The notes: a model not told the origin generated them from the sequence alone. Counted from the first letter of the stretch, positions 1 through 9,437 are shown. The stretch: DNA of 64,000 bases from Acidimicrobiaceae bacterium (GCA_036675575.1 JAKFET010000049.1:619-64618), one strand, 5' to 3'. Translations and numbers: made by a program.

Positions 1-248
1 ACGTTCTCCGCCCGGTCGTCGGCGGTGAAGCCGAGGTCGCCGTTCAGGCCCTGTCGGAGGTTGTCGCCGTCGAGCAGGTAGGCGGGCCGTCCGGCCGAGA
101 CCAGCAGGCGCTCGACCTCGACGGCCACGCTCGACTTCCCCGACCCGGAGAGACCCGTGAACCACAGGGTGGCGCCGAGCGACGGCCGGGCCGTGCGGTC
201 GAGCGCCGACGGGTGCCAGACCGTGTTCGGCGTGACCCGGCCCGTCAC
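1..248 (-). CDS. cysC: adenylylsulfate (APS) kinase, N-terminal part only (gene continues beyond window start)
   Basis: Own translation of minus strand from GTG 248-246: VTGRVTPNTVWHPSALDRTARPSLGATLWFTGLSGSGKSSVAVEVERLLVSAGRPAYLLDGDNLRQGLNGDLGFTADDRAENV. The P-loop GLSGSGKS and LDGDNxR are APS-kinase hallmarks. Starts 10 nt after the cysN stop. Open-ended, so absent from the ORF track. Confidence 0.85.
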   Translation of the reverse strand, partial: MTGRVTPNTVWHPSALDRTARPSLGATLWFTGLSGSGKSSVAVEVERLLVSAGRPAYLLDGDNLRQGLNGDLGFTADDRAEN

Positions 249-258
249 GAGACCGACC

Positions 259-1512
259 TCAGCTCTCGCCGAGGATCATCCCGGCAGCCATCGTGTTGTT
301 CGTGGTCTCGTCCACCAGGATGAAGCTGCCCGTCTGGCGGTTCCGCCGGTACTCGTCGAAGAACAGCGGCGCCGTGGTGCGCAGCGAGACCCGGCCGATC
401 TCGTTGAGCGCCAGGCTCGTCGCCTCCTCGTCCCGGTGGAGCGTGTTCACGTCCAGGCGGTACTGCACGTCCTTCACCATCGCCCGCGCCCAGCGGGTCG
501 TGTGCTTGATGGCGAGCTTCTGGCGCGGCTCGAGCGAGCCCGCCTCCGACATCCAGCAGACCATGGCCTCGACGTCCTGCGACGCGGTCGGCTGGTTCTT
601 CGGTCGGCAGATCATGTCGCCGCGGCTGATGTCGATCTCGTCGGTGAGGCGGATGGTGACCGACATCGGCGGGTAGGCCTCGTCGACGGGCCCGTTCGGA
701 CCGTCGATGGCGGCGATCGTCGACGTGAACCCGGAGGGGAGCACCACGACCTCGTCGCCCGGCTTGAACACCCCGCCCGACACCGAGCCGGCGTAGCCCC
801 GGTAGTCGAGGCCCGACGAGCTCATCGGACGGATGACGTACTGGACCGGGAAGCGGCTGTCGATGAGGTTGCGGTCCGACGCGATGTGGACCTCCTCGAG
901 GAAGCGCAGCAGCGGCAGGCCCTCGTACCACTTCATGTTGTCGGACTTGTCGACCACGTTGTCGCCGAGGAGCGCCGACACCGGGATGAACGACAGGTCG
1001 TTCACGTCGAGCTTCGTGGCGAACTGGCGGAACTCGGCCTTGATCTCCTCGAAGCGGTCCTCGCTCCAGTCGACCAGGTCCATCTTGTTGATGCACACGA
1101 CCAGGTGCGGGATTCGCAGCAGCGAGGCGAGGAAGGCGTGGCGGCGGGACTGCTCGACGATGCCGTTGCGGGCGTCGACCAGGATCAGGGCCACGTTGGC
1201 CGTCGAGGCACCCGTGACCATGTTGCGCGTGTACTGGATGTGGCCCGGGGTGTCGGCGATGATGAACTTGCGCCGGGGGGTGGCGAAGTACCGGTAGGCG
1301 ACGTCGATGGTGATGCCCTGCTCGCGCTCGGCGCGCAGGCCGTCGGTGAGCAGCGCGAGGTTCGTGTACTCGTCCCCTCGCTCGGCCGAGGTGCGCTCGA
1401 CCGCCTCCAGCTGGTCCTGGAAGATCGTCTTGGAGTCGTACAGCAGGCGACCGATGAGCGTGGACTTGCCGTCGTCGACGGAGCCGGCCGTGGCGAAGCG
1501 GAGGAGCTCCAT
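259..1512 (-). CDS. cysN: sulfate adenylyltransferase subunit 1 (GTPase subunit)
   Basis: 417-aa ORF with GTPase motifs GSVDDGKST, DTPGH and NKMD. Full-length CysN-like and located between cysD and cysC. An in-frame TAA directly precedes the ATG, so the start is fixed. Confidence 0.95.
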   Translation of the reverse strand: MELLRFATAGSVDDGKSTLIGRLLYDSKTIFQDQLEAVERTSAERGDEYTNLALLTDGLRAEREQGITIDVAYRYFATPRRKFIIADTPGHIQYTRNMVTGASTANVALILVDARNGIVEQSRRHAFLASLLRIPHLVVCINKMDLVDWSEDRFEEIKAEFRQFATKLDVNDLSFIPVSALLGDNVVDKSDNMKWYEGLPLLRFLEEVHIASDRNLIDSRFPVQYVIRPMSSSGLDYRGYAGSVSGGVFKPGDEVVVLPSGFTSTIAAIDGPNGPVDEAYPPMSVTIRLTDEIDISRGDMICRPKNQPTASQDVEAMVCWMSEAGSLEPRQKLAIKHTTRWARAMVKDVQYRLDVNTLHRDEEATSLALNEIGRVSLRTTAPLFFDEYRRNRQTGSFILVDETTNNTMAAGMILGES

Positions 1513-1557
1513 TTAGAGCACGCCCAAGCAGATGCGCTCGCTGCGCAAGTTCAACAT
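1513..1557 (-). other. 14-codon intercistronic mini-ORF (MLNLRSERICLGVL) in the 70-nt cysD-cysN spacer
   Basis: AGGAG (1569-1565) lies 7 nt upstream of ATG 1557-1555. The stop TAA 1515-1513 abuts the cysN ATG (TAAATG). The spacer is visibly AT-richer than its surroundings. Translation is not demonstrated. Confidence 0.3.
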
Positions 1558-1582
1558 TTGCTCGCTCCTACTTGGCCGCACT

Positions 1583-2488
1583 CTAGAAGTACCCTTCCTT
1601 CTTGCGGTCTTCCATGGCGGCCTCGCTCACCCGGTCGTCGGCGCGGGTGGCGCCTCGCTCGGTGATGCGGGTCGCGGCGACCTCTTCGATGATGGCCTCG
1701 AGCGTGTCGGCCCGGGATTCGACGGCGCCGGTGCAGCTCATGTCGCCGATCGTGCGGTAGCGGACCATCTCGGTGAACACCTCTTCGTCCTCGAGCTGCT
1801 CGATGTACGGCGACTCCGACAGCAGCATGCCGTCGCGCTCGAACACCTTGCGCTCGTGGGCGAAGTAGATCGAGGGGATCTCGATGTCCTCCTCGTAGAG
1901 GTACTGCCACACGTCGAGCTCGGTCCAGTTGCTGATGGGGAACACGCGGATGTGCTCGCCCTTGCGGTGCCGGCCGTTGTAGAGGCTCCACACCTCGGGC
2001 CGCTGCCCCTTCGGGTCCCACTGACCGAAGTCGTCCCGGAAGGAGAAGACGCGCTCCTTGGCCCGAGCCTTCTCCTCGTCCCGGCGGGCGCCGCCGAACA
2101 CGGCGTCGAAGCCGTGCTCCTCGATCGCCTCGAGCAGGGGCACGGTCTGGAGCTGGTTGCGGCTGGCACGGGGCCCGGTCTGCTCGGTGACCTTGCCCTG
2201 GTCGATGGCGTCCTGGACGGAGGCGACGATGAGGCGGGCGCCCGCCCGCTCGAGGCGGCGGTCCCGGAACTCGAGGACCTCGGGGAAGTTGTGGCCGGTG
2301 TCGACGTGCATCACCGGGAACGGGATCTTCGCCGGGGCGAAGGCCCGGATCGCCAGCTCGAGCATGACGATGGAGTCCTTGCCGCCCGAGAACAGCAGCA
2401 CGGGCCGCTCGAACTCGGCCGCCACCTCGCGCATGATGTGGATCCCCTCGGCCTCGAGGGCTCGGAGGTGGGACAGCTGGTAGCTCAT
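1583..2488 (-). CDS. cysD: sulfate adenylyltransferase subunit 2
   Basis: ORF 1583-3118 trimmed to ATG 2488-2486 ([22 protein letters not shown]...). Has the PAPS-reductase-like PP-loop LLFSGGKDS. At 301 aa it is a typical CysD length, and it sits upstream of cysN. Confidence 0.95.
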   Translation of the reverse strand: MSYQLSHLRALEAEGIHIMREVAAEFERPVLLFSGGKDSIVMLELAIRAFAPAKIPFPVMHVDTGHNFPEVLEFRDRRLERAGARLIVASVQDAIDQGKVTEQTGPRASRNQLQTVPLLEAIEEHGFDAVFGGARRDEEKARAKERVFSFRDDFGQWDPKGQRPEVWSLYNGRHRKGEHIRVFPISNWTELDVWQYLYEEDIEIPSIYFAHERKVFERDGMLLSESPYIEQLEDEEVFTEMVRYRTIGDMSCTGAVESRADTLEAIIEEVAATRITERGATRADDRVSEAAMEDRKKEGYF

Positions 2489-2558
2489 CGTGGCCTGCTC
2501 GTGGTCCGGACGTGAGTGGGCAAATGTACGGTCGGCGCCGGTTGGTAGACAATCCAGG

Positions 2559-3362
2559 GTGCCGTCCCACCCCGCCGTCTCCGACAGCGACCACGCCCTC
2601 GCCCGGCGGCTCGCCGTCGCCGCCGGCACCCTGCTGGTCGACCTGCGCGAGCTCATGGTGGCCGACGGCGCCGACCCGACCGAGCTGAAGGACGAGGGCG
2701 ACCGACAGGCCAACGAGCTGCTCCTGGCCGACCTCGACCAGCACATGAAGCCGGGCGACGCCGTGCTCTCGGAGGAGGCGCGTGCCACCCACGACGACGG
2801 GGTCCGGCTGGACGCCTCCCGCGTCTGGATCATCGACCCGCTCGACGGCACTCGCGAGTTCTCCGAGCCAGGCCGCAGCGACTGGGCCGTGCACGTCGCC
2901 CTCTGCGTCGACGGGGCCCCGGTCTGCGGTGCAGTCGCGCTGCCGGCGCTCGGCGCCGTGCTGTCCACCGCCGACCCGGTGCTCCGGCTGCCGCCGGTGG
3001 GGACGCCGCGCATCGTCGTCAGCCGCACCCGCCCACCGGCGGAGGCCGAGACGGTGCGGGCGGCCCTCGGCGGCGTCCTCGTCGAGATGGGGTCCGCCGG
3101 CGCCAAGGCGATGGCCATCCTCCGGGGCGAGGTCGACTGCTACCCGCACTCGGGCGGCCAGTACGAGTGGGACTCGGCGGCACCGGTGGCCGTCGCGCTC
3201 CACCACGGTCTCCACGCCACCCGCCTCGACGGCTCCCCGCTCGTCTACAACCAGCCCGACCCGTACCTGCCCGACCTGCTGGTCTGCCGCGCCGAGCTGG
3301 CCGGGGCCTCGCTCGCCGCCCTGGGCGGAGGGAGCCGAGCCGACAGGCGAGGCGACCCATGA
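2559..3362 (+). CDS. cysQ: 3'(2'),5'-bisphosphate nucleotidase (PAP phosphatase), inositol monophosphatase family
   Basis: ORF 2490-3362 with motifs [19 protein letters not shown] and YEWDSAAP. Divergent from cysD. GTG 2559 is chosen as start, but 2490 or other starts are possible. The last ~30 nt are supplied by repeat copy A. Confidence 0.85.
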   Translation: MPSHPAVSDSDHALARRLAVAAGTLLVDLRELMVADGADPTELKDEGDRQANELLLADLDQHMKPGDAVLSEEARATHDDGVRLDASRVWIIDPLDGTREFSEPGRSDWAVHVALCVDGAPVCGAVALPALGAVLSTADPVLRLPPVGTPRIVVSRTRPPAEAETVRAALGGVLVEMGSAGAKAMAILRGEVDCYPHSGGQYEWDSAAPVAVALHHGLHATRLDGSPLVYNQPDPYLPDLLVCRAELAGASLAALGGGSRADRRGDP

Positions 3363-3415
3363 GCACGGTGCCCTTCGGCGGCGAAGCCGCCAAACCGAGT
3401 CGCGTGAGGAGGTGA
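3332..3415 (+). repeat. interspersed junction repeat, copy A (includes 18-codon sORF 3359-3415 and hairpin 3377-3391)
   Basis: GAGCCGAGCCGACAGGCGAGGCGACCCATGAGCACGGTGCCCTTCGGCGGCGAAGCCGCCAAACCGAGTCGCGTGAGGAGGTGA. Near-identical to the reverse complement of 29808-29892 and, for 66 nt, of 51809-51874. Its ATG overlaps the cysQ TGA (ATGA). Confidence 0.85.
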
Positions 3416-3439
3416 ACCATTCGCGCAGATCGTGACGCC

Positions 3440-4267
3440 GTGGAGCTCAAGGTCGTCCGCTACGAGGTCGACGGCCACGTCGCCCGCCTGACCCTCGACC
3501 GCCCCCACCGGGGCAACGCGTGGACGGGCCGGATGCACCTCGAGTACCGCTGGGCGATGACCGAGGCCGAGGCCGACCCCGAGGTCCGGGTCGTGGTGGT
3601 CACCGGGGCCGAGAACCCCGACGGTCGCACCGCGTTCTGCGTCGGCGCCGACGCCAAGGCGCTCGAGGGCCACGTCGACAAGCGCGGCTACGACGACGGC
3701 CTCCGCGGGGCGGAGCCCCCGATGCCCGATGTCGCCGAGCCCTTCGCCGCCGACTTCGCATTCCAGCTGGGCATGCGCACGCCGGTCGTGGCCGTGGTGA
3801 ACGGCGCCGCCGCCGGCGTCGGGCTGGTCATCGCCTGCTACGCCGACGTCCGCTTCGCCGTGCAGGGCGCCAAGCTCACGACGGCGGCGCCGAAGCTCGG
3901 CTTCCCCGCCGAGTACGGCCTCTCGTGGCTGCTCCCCCGCCTCGTCGGCGCCGGACGGGCCGCCGACTGGCTGCTCTCGGGCCGGGTGTTCCTCGCCGAG
4001 GAGGCGGCCGAGGTCGGGCTCTTCTCCTCCGTGCTCCCCGCCGACGAGCTGCTCCCCCACGTCGAGGCCTACGTCACCGACCTGGCCCGGCACGTCTCGC
4101 CGGCCTCGGTCGCGGCGACGAAGGCCCAGCTGTGGGGCGACCTCCTCCACGACGACCCGGCGGCATCGGTGCGCCGCTCGATGGCGCTCCTGCGCGAGAT
4201 GGCCACCGGGCCCGACTTCGTCGAGGGGTCGCGGGCCCTCTCCGAGCGGCGGCGACCGGAGTTCTGA
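3440..4267 (+). CDS. enoyl-CoA hydratase/isomerase (crotonase) family protein
   Basis: 275-aa ORF with a crotonase-fold pattern (VARLTLDRPHRGNAW, FCVGADAKAL, VVAVVNGAAAGVGL). Confidence 0.85.
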   Translation: MELKVVRYEVDGHVARLTLDRPHRGNAWTGRMHLEYRWAMTEAEADPEVRVVVVTGAENPDGRTAFCVGADAKALEGHVDKRGYDDGLRGAEPPMPDVAEPFAADFAFQLGMRTPVVAVVNGAAAGVGLVIACYADVRFAVQGAKLTTAAPKLGFPAEYGLSWLLPRLVGAGRAADWLLSGRVFLAEEAAEVGLFSSVLPADELLPHVEAYVTDLARHVSPASVAATKAQLWGDLLHDDPAASVRRSMALLREMATGPDFVEGSRALSERRRPEF

Positions 4268-5437
4268 TCAGCCCCTGAGCTCGGCCAGCACCTCGTCGGT
4301 GTGCTCGCCGAGCCCTGGTACGCCGCGGCGGGGGCCCACGGGCGTCGCCGAGAAGTCGACCGGCGTCATCACGCCCCGGTGCGCCGCCGCGCCCTCGCCC
4401 GCCGGCACGTCGACGAAGGAGCCGATGGCGAGCGCCTGGGGGTCCTCGACCACGTCGGCCAGGGTGTTCACCGGCGCCCACCACACGTCGTGCTCGTCGA
4501 AGCGGGCGGTCCAGTGGTCGCGGTCCGCGGTGGCGAAGGTCTCGTCCAGCACGGCGATGAGCGCGGGTGCGTTGACCCGCCGGTCCTTCGGCGAGGCGAA
4601 GCGCTCGTCGTCGGCGAGGTCGGGCCGGTCGATGGCCAGGAGCAGGGGCGGCCAGTGGCGGGCGGCCTCGAGCCCGAGCAGCCAGAACCAGCGACCGTCG
4701 CCGGCCTCGTAGGAGTTGATGAGCGGGTTCCCCACCTCGGTCCGGGGGTCGGTCGGCAGGTGCTTGCCGTACCGCAGCTGGATCTGGAGCGGCCAGCCCA
4801 TCGTGTAGATCCCGGCCCGGAGCAGCGAGGTGTCGACCAGCTGGCCCCGACCGGAGCGCTCCCGCGCGAACAGGGCGGCGCAGATGCCGGCGGTGATCGT
4901 GGTGGCGGTGATGTGGTCGCCGACCCCTCCGGCGTTGGCGACGGGAGGCTGGTCCGGCGGCACCGCCTGGCTGGCCATCCCGCTGCGGGCGAAGAAGGCG
5001 CCGAGGTCGTAGCCGGCCCGGTGGGCATCGGGACCGGTGCGGCCGAACCCCGACACCTGGGCGTAGACGAGGCGGTCGTGCGCGGCCAGCAGCGTCTCGG
5101 GACCGAAGCCCAGTCGCTCGACCGCGTCGGGGCGCAGGTTGGTGAGGAACACGTCAGCCGTGGCCACGAGCTCGTGGAGGTCGGCCCGACCCTCCTCGCT
5201 GCGCAGGTCGAGCACCACCGAGCGCTTGCCCCGGTTGTCGAGGTCGAAGGGCGGGGACTGCGGCTCGCCGTGGCCCGACAGGACGGCGAACAGGCGGCGC
5301 ATCGGGTCGCCCTCGGGCGCCTCCACCTTGATGACGTCGGCGCCCCAGTCGGCCAGCAGCCCGCCGGCACCGGGCCCGGCCACCCACGCCCCCAGCTCGA
5401 CGACGCGGATCCCCTCGAGAACGGTCATGGGGCGCAT
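4268..5437 (-). CDS. family III CoA-transferase (CaiB/BaiF-like)
   Basis: 389-aa ORF. The N-terminus LEGIRVVELGAWVAGPGAGGLLADWGADVIKVE is typical of family III CoA-transferases. An alternative ATG lies 3 codons downstream. Confidence 0.85.
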   Translation of the reverse strand: MRPMTVLEGIRVVELGAWVAGPGAGGLLADWGADVIKVEAPEGDPMRRLFAVLSGHGEPQSPPFDLDNRGKRSVVLDLRSEEGRADLHELVATADVFLTNLRPDAVERLGFGPETLLAAHDRLVYAQVSGFGRTGPDAHRAGYDLGAFFARSGMASQAVPPDQPPVANAGGVGDHITATTITAGICAALFARERSGRGQLVDTSLLRAGIYTMGWPLQIQLRYGKHLPTDPRTEVGNPLINSYEAGDGRWFWLLGLEAARHWPPLLLAIDRPDLADDERFASPKDRRVNAPALIAVLDETFATADRDHWTARFDEHDVWWAPVNTLADVVEDPQALAIGSFVDVPAGEGAAAHRGVMTPVDFSATPVGPRRGVPGLGEHTDEVLAELRG

Positions 5438-5457
5438 CCTGCCCGCTCGCCCGGGGT

Positions 5458-7095
5458 GTGCGCGGACTGGGTCCCTGCGATGATGTCCCGATGGCGTCGC
5501 CCGACCCGACCGAGCCCCCCGCCGACCACCAGCTCGGGTCGTTCTCCGACACCCCGCCGTGGATCATCGACCGGGACCAGCTCACGTGGCTCCCGCCGCT
5601 GGCCCGGGTGCGCCGCGAGGTCCGGGCCGAGATCCCCCGGCTCACCCGCCCGGGCTGGCTCCCGCCGGCGCGCCGGGTCACCACCGTCGCCCGCCACCTC
5701 GGCTGGGGGGTCGGACGCTGGTACGTCGGGAAGCGCCGACAGGGCGGCTCGGCCTCCCGGGCCGACCTGTCCCGCCGGCTGCGCATCGCCGCCGAGGCCC
5801 TCGGCCCCACCTACATCAAGCTGGCCCAGATCATCTCCAGCGGCGAGGGCCTGTTCCCCGAGGAGCTGGTCGCCGAGACGAAGAAGTGCCGCGACCAGGT
5901 GCCCCCCGAGACGTGGGAGGACATCCGGACCGTCGTCGAGGCCGAGCTGGGCAAGCCGATCCACGAGGTGTTCTCCGCCTTCGACACCACCCCGCTGGCT
6001 GCGGCCTCCATCGCCCAGGTCCACCGGGCCACCCTGAAGACCGGCGAGGACGTGGTCGTCAAGGTCCAGCGCCCCTCCGTGGCCGCCCGGGTCAAGGAGG
6101 ACCTGCGGGTCATGGCCTGGCTGGCGCCGAAGATGATCGGTCGCATCCCCGTCGCCGCCCTCGCCAACCCCCCGGCGCTCGTGGAGCTGTTCGCCGAGAC
6201 CATCGGGGAGGAGCTCGACTTCCGCCTCGAGGCCGAGAACATGCTCGACGTCGCCGCCAGCTTCGCGGAGCTGGGCCAGCGCGACTACGTGATCCCCCGC
6301 CCGCACCCCGAGCTCGTCACGCCGCGGGTCCTCGTCATGGAGCGCCTCGACGGCTTCAAGTTCGACGACGTCGCCGGCATGAAGGACGCCGGCGTGGACA
6401 CCGTCCAGGTCGTGCGCACCGGGATGATCGGGTTCATGGAGGGGGCGCTGATCCACGGCATCTTCCACGGCGACCTGCACGGCGGGAACCTGTTCGTCAT
6501 GGCCGACGGCCGGACGGCGCTGCTCGACTTCGGCATCACCGGCCGCCTGGACGACTTCAAGCGCAACGCCTTCCTGCGACTGCTCATGTCGGGCACGTCC
6601 AACGACCCGGTCGGCCAGCTCGCCGCGTTCCGCGACCTCGGCGCCCTGCCCCCCGACACCGACCTCGAGGCGGTGGCACGCGACCTCGGCCTCGACAGCC
6701 CCGAGGTGTTCGACCCGACCAAGGTCGACGGCGACGCCCTGGTGGCCGAGATCCAGCGGATCATCAAGGCGCTCCTCGGCTACGGGGCCAAGATCCCCAA
6801 GGAGCTGATGCTCTTCACCAAGAACCTGATGTTCGTCGACGGCGCCATCGCCACCCTGGCGCCCGACCTCGACATCCTCGAGGAGATCGCCCACATCACC
6901 ATGTACTTCGCCACCACGCACGGCGAGAAGATCGCCGCCCAGATCGGGATCGAGCCCGATTCGTGGCAGCTGGACATGGAGGGCGTGAAGGCCGGGTTCG
7001 GCATCTCCGACGACATCGACCGGCTCACCTACCGCGACCTCCAGCAGCGCCGGGAGACGATCCGGAAGCGGCTCGAGGGCCGGGCGCTCCAGTAG
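5458..7095 (+). CDS. ABC1/UbiB-family atypical kinase
   Basis: 545-aa ORF with ABC1 signature [14 protein letters not shown]...FPEE and [13 protein letters not shown], followed by a kinase-like core. The start could also be ATG 5491. Confidence 0.85.
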   Translation: MRGLGPCDDVPMASPDPTEPPADHQLGSFSDTPPWIIDRDQLTWLPPLARVRREVRAEIPRLTRPGWLPPARRVTTVARHLGWGVGRWYVGKRRQGGSASRADLSRRLRIAAEALGPTYIKLAQIISSGEGLFPEELVAETKKCRDQVPPETWEDIRTVVEAELGKPIHEVFSAFDTTPLAAASIAQVHRATLKTGEDVVVKVQRPSVAARVKEDLRVMAWLAPKMIGRIPVAALANPPALVELFAETIGEELDFRLEAENMLDVAASFAELGQRDYVIPRPHPELVTPRVLVMERLDGFKFDDVAGMKDAGVDTVQVVRTGMIGFMEGALIHGIFHGDLHGGNLFVMADGRTALLDFGITGRLDDFKRNAFLRLLMSGTSNDPVGQLAAFRDLGALPPDTDLEAVARDLGLDSPEVFDPTKVDGDALVAEIQRIIKALLGYGAKIPKELMLFTKNLMFVDGAIATLAPDLDILEEIAHITMYFATTHGEKIAAQIGIEPDSWQLDMEGVKAGFGISDDIDRLTYRDLQQRRETIRKRLEGRALQ

Positions 7096-7097
7096 CC

Positions 7098-8447
7098 GTG
7101 GCCGGGCCGCGGCTCGTCGAGGTCGCGCCCGGCGTCCTCGTCGCCACCAGCCGGTTCATGGCCACCAGCACGGTGGTCCTCACGAGCGGGCGGGACGCCC
7201 TCCTCGTCGACCCCGGCGTGCACCTCGACGAGCTCGAGTCGCTCGCCGTCGAGCTCCTGGGCCGACGGATCGAGCCGATCGGCGGCTTCGCCACCCACGC
7301 GCACTGGGACCACGTCCTCTGGCACCGCGACCTCGGCGAGGTCCCCCGGTGGGCGTCGACGGGCACGGTCGCCGACGGCATCGTCCACCACCACGAGCAC
7401 GTCGACCAGGCCGAGGCGGTGGTCGAGATCGACGACGAGCGGCTCGGGATGGCGCTCTCCCCCGTCGAGGGTGCGCTCCCGTGGGACGGCCCGCAGGCCG
7501 TGCTCGTCACCCACGACGCCCACGCCCCCGGCCACACGGCGCTGCACCTGCCCGAGCTCGGCGTGCTCGTCGCCGGGGACATGGGCAGCGACGTCGAGGT
7601 GCCACTGCTCGAGCACGGGGTCCCGGGGCCCCGGGCGCTACTCGCGTACCACGAGGGCCTCGACCGCCTGGCCGCACTCGACCGGGTCGACGTGGTGGTC
7701 ACCGGGCACGGCCACGTCTGCGACGGGGCGATGTGGCGCCGCCGCCTCGACGCCGACCGGCGCTACCTCGACGACATCGCCGCCGGCCGGCCCTCCGACG
7801 ACACCCGCCTCGTCGAACCGTGGCTCGTGGACGCCGACGCCGGCATGCGGGGCTCCCTCTCGAAGCGCCGGTGGCGGGAGTGGGCCCGGACGATCCCGGC
7901 CCCCGGCGAGACCGACGTCGTCGCGGTCCGCGACGGCCTCGTCGCGTTCCTCGGGACCCGGCCCGGGTTCGTCGCCGCATACCTCCCCCTGCCCGGCGAG
8001 ATCGACCTCGGCGACCTCCTCAGCTCAGCGCGCCAGGAGCGCCCGCTGCGCCGGCTGCCCGGGCACGCGACCGTGCTGGCCGACGTGGTCGCCCTGCCGC
8101 ACCTGGAGGAGGACGGCACCATGGGGTGGCGCAGCGACGAGGGCGAGCGGGAGCGCAACGACCTCGGCTTCGACCAGCCGGCGGAGCACCTCCCCCACGT
8201 GGACCCCTTCGACTTCGACGTCCTGCTGGTCCCGGGGCGCCTCTTCGACCGCCACGGCGTGCGACTGGGACGGGGCGGTGGCCACTACGACCGGCTCCTG
8301 TCGAGGCTGCGCCCGGGCGCGGCCGTCGTCGGCGTCACCGTCGACGAGCGCGTCGTCCCGCGCCTGCCGACCGAGCGCCACGACCGGGCGATGACGCACC
8401 TGGCCACCCAGTCGGGCGTTCGCGCCGTCGCCGCGATCGCCCCGTAG
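7098..8447 (+). CDS. MBL-fold metallo-hydrolase fused in frame to a 5-formyltetrahydrofolate cyclo-ligase-like domain
   Basis: Part of ORF 5559-8447 starting at GTG 7098, 2 nt after the upstream TAG. N-terminal half has HxHxDH (THAHWDH) and a later GHGH. C-terminal ~190 aa has GRGGGHYDR and the ...[12 protein letters not shown] pattern of the 5-FCL family. No stop separates the two parts. An internal ATG lies at 7845. Confidence 0.7.
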   Translation: MAGPRLVEVAPGVLVATSRFMATSTVVLTSGRDALLVDPGVHLDELESLAVELLGRRIEPIGGFATHAHWDHVLWHRDLGEVPRWASTGTVADGIVHHHEHVDQAEAVVEIDDERLGMALSPVEGALPWDGPQAVLVTHDAHAPGHTALHLPELGVLVAGDMGSDVEVPLLEHGVPGPRALLAYHEGLDRLAALDRVDVVVTGHGHVCDGAMWRRRLDADRRYLDDIAAGRPSDDTRLVEPWLVDADAGMRGSLSKRRWREWARTIPAPGETDVVAVRDGLVAFLGTRPGFVAAYLPLPGEIDLGDLLSSARQERPLRRLPGHATVLADVVALPHLEEDGTMGWRSDEGERERNDLGFDQPAEHLPHVDPFDFDVLLVPGRLFDRHGVRLGRGGGHYDRLLSRLRPGAAVVGVTVDERVVPRLPTERHDRAMTHLATQSGVRAVAAIAP

Positions 8448-8458
8448 CCTCGCCCGAC

Positions 8459-9133
8459 GTGCGCCTCGTCATCGCCCGCTGCTCGGTCGCCTACCGGGGC
8501 AAGCTCGCCGCCCACCTGCCGAGCGCCCAGCGCCTCATCCTGGTGAAGGCCGACGGTTCGATCTCCATCCACTCCGACGACCGTGCCTACAAGCCCCTCA
8601 ACTGGATGAACCCGCCGTGCTCGATCACCGAGTCCACGGACGACGAGGGCCTGCCACGCTGGCTGGTGCGGGCCAAGGGCGGCGACGAGCTGGAGATCAC
8701 CATCGAGGAGCTGGTCAGCGACACCGCCCACGACCTCGGCGTGGAGCCGGGGCTGCAGAAGGACGGCGTCGAGGCCCACCTCCAGGCGCTGCTGGCCGAG
8801 CGCTGCGAGGTGATCGGCGAGGGGTTCCAGCTGGTGCGCCGCGAGTACCCCACCGACATCGGGCCGGTCGACCTGCTGTGCCGGGACGGCGGCGGCGGCG
8901 CGGTGGCCATCGAGGTCAAGCGCCGGGGCGAGATCGACGGCGTGGAGCAGCTCACCCGCTACCTCGGGTTCCTGAACAAGGACCCCCGGCTCGCACCGGT
9001 GCGGGGCGTGTTCGTGGCCGAGCAGATCAAGCCGCAGGCCAAGGTCCTCGCCGCCGACCGGGGCATCGCCTGCGTGGAGGTCAGCTACGACGAGCTGCGT
9101 GGCATCGAGTCCACCGAGCTGCGGCTGTTCTGA
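8459..9133 (+). CDS. nucS: endonuclease NucS (mismatch-specific)
   Basis: 224 aa from GTG 8459: [50 protein letters not shown]...VDLLCRD...[20 protein letters not shown]. Full-length NucS-like. Confidence 0.9.
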   Translation: MRLVIARCSVAYRGKLAAHLPSAQRLILVKADGSISIHSDDRAYKPLNWMNPPCSITESTDDEGLPRWLVRAKGGDELEITIEELVSDTAHDLGVEPGLQKDGVEAHLQALLAERCEVIGEGFQLVRREYPTDIGPVDLLCRDGGGGAVAIEVKRRGEIDGVEQLTRYLGFLNKDPRLAPVRGVFVAEQIKPQAKVLAADRGIACVEVSYDELRGIESTELRLF

Positions 9134-9134
9134 C

Positions 9135-9437
9135 GTGGGCGCCCGCTCCGAGGTCCAGGTCGTCCCCCAGCCGTGGCCGGTGGTCTACGACGCGCTCGTC
9201 CGCTGCCTCCCCAGCGCCGGCTTCGCCATCACCGCCACCGACCCGGATCGGGGCCGCATCGAGCTCGAGACCCGCAACACCCGCCTGACCGTGGCGGTGG
9301 GGGCGATCGACGCCATCACGAGCGAGTGGGTGGCGACGTCGGAGCTGAAGCTCGGCCTCCTGCGCGACCGCCACGAGGAGAAGTTCGCCGCCATCCGCGA
9401 CGCCCTCGACCGCTACCTCGCGACGTACTACGGCTGA
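9135..9437 (+). CDS. hypothetical protein (100 aa)
   Basis: Starts at GTG 9135, 1 nt after the nucS TGA. 99 of 100 codons end in G/C by hand count, which is a strong coding signal. No recognisable motif. Confidence 0.6.
   Translation: MGARSEVQVVPQPWPVVYDALVRCLPSAGFAITATDPDRGRIELETRNTRLTVAVGAIDAITSEWVATSELKLGLLRDRHEEKFAAIRDALDRYLATYYG

Noticed and set aside
246-261. Fused CysNC bifunctional protein, as found in some actinobacteria.
   Set aside because: cysN ends with a TGA at 261-259. The APS-kinase frame starts at a separate GTG 10 nt downstream, so these are two genes here.
3359-3415. The ATG-started 18-codon ORFs of repeat copies A and B considered as a conserved micropeptide family.
   Set aside because: All 8 codons that differ between A and B are non-synonymous, and no difference falls on a third position. 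The similarity is therefore at the nucleotide level, not the peptide level. The ORFs may still matter for ribosome traffic.
4265-4270. Two convergent genes ending back-to-back as TGATCA (stop codons of 3440-4267 and 4268-5437 form a palindrome).
   Set aside because: This is a curiosity of zero-spacing convergent stops, with no evidence of function.
5559-7097. The N-terminal 513 codons of the 962-aa ORF 5559-8447.
   Set aside because: This part overlaps the ABC1/UbiB-family gene in a different frame and reads as RP-rich nonsense. The real gene starts at GTG 7098, just after the upstream stop.
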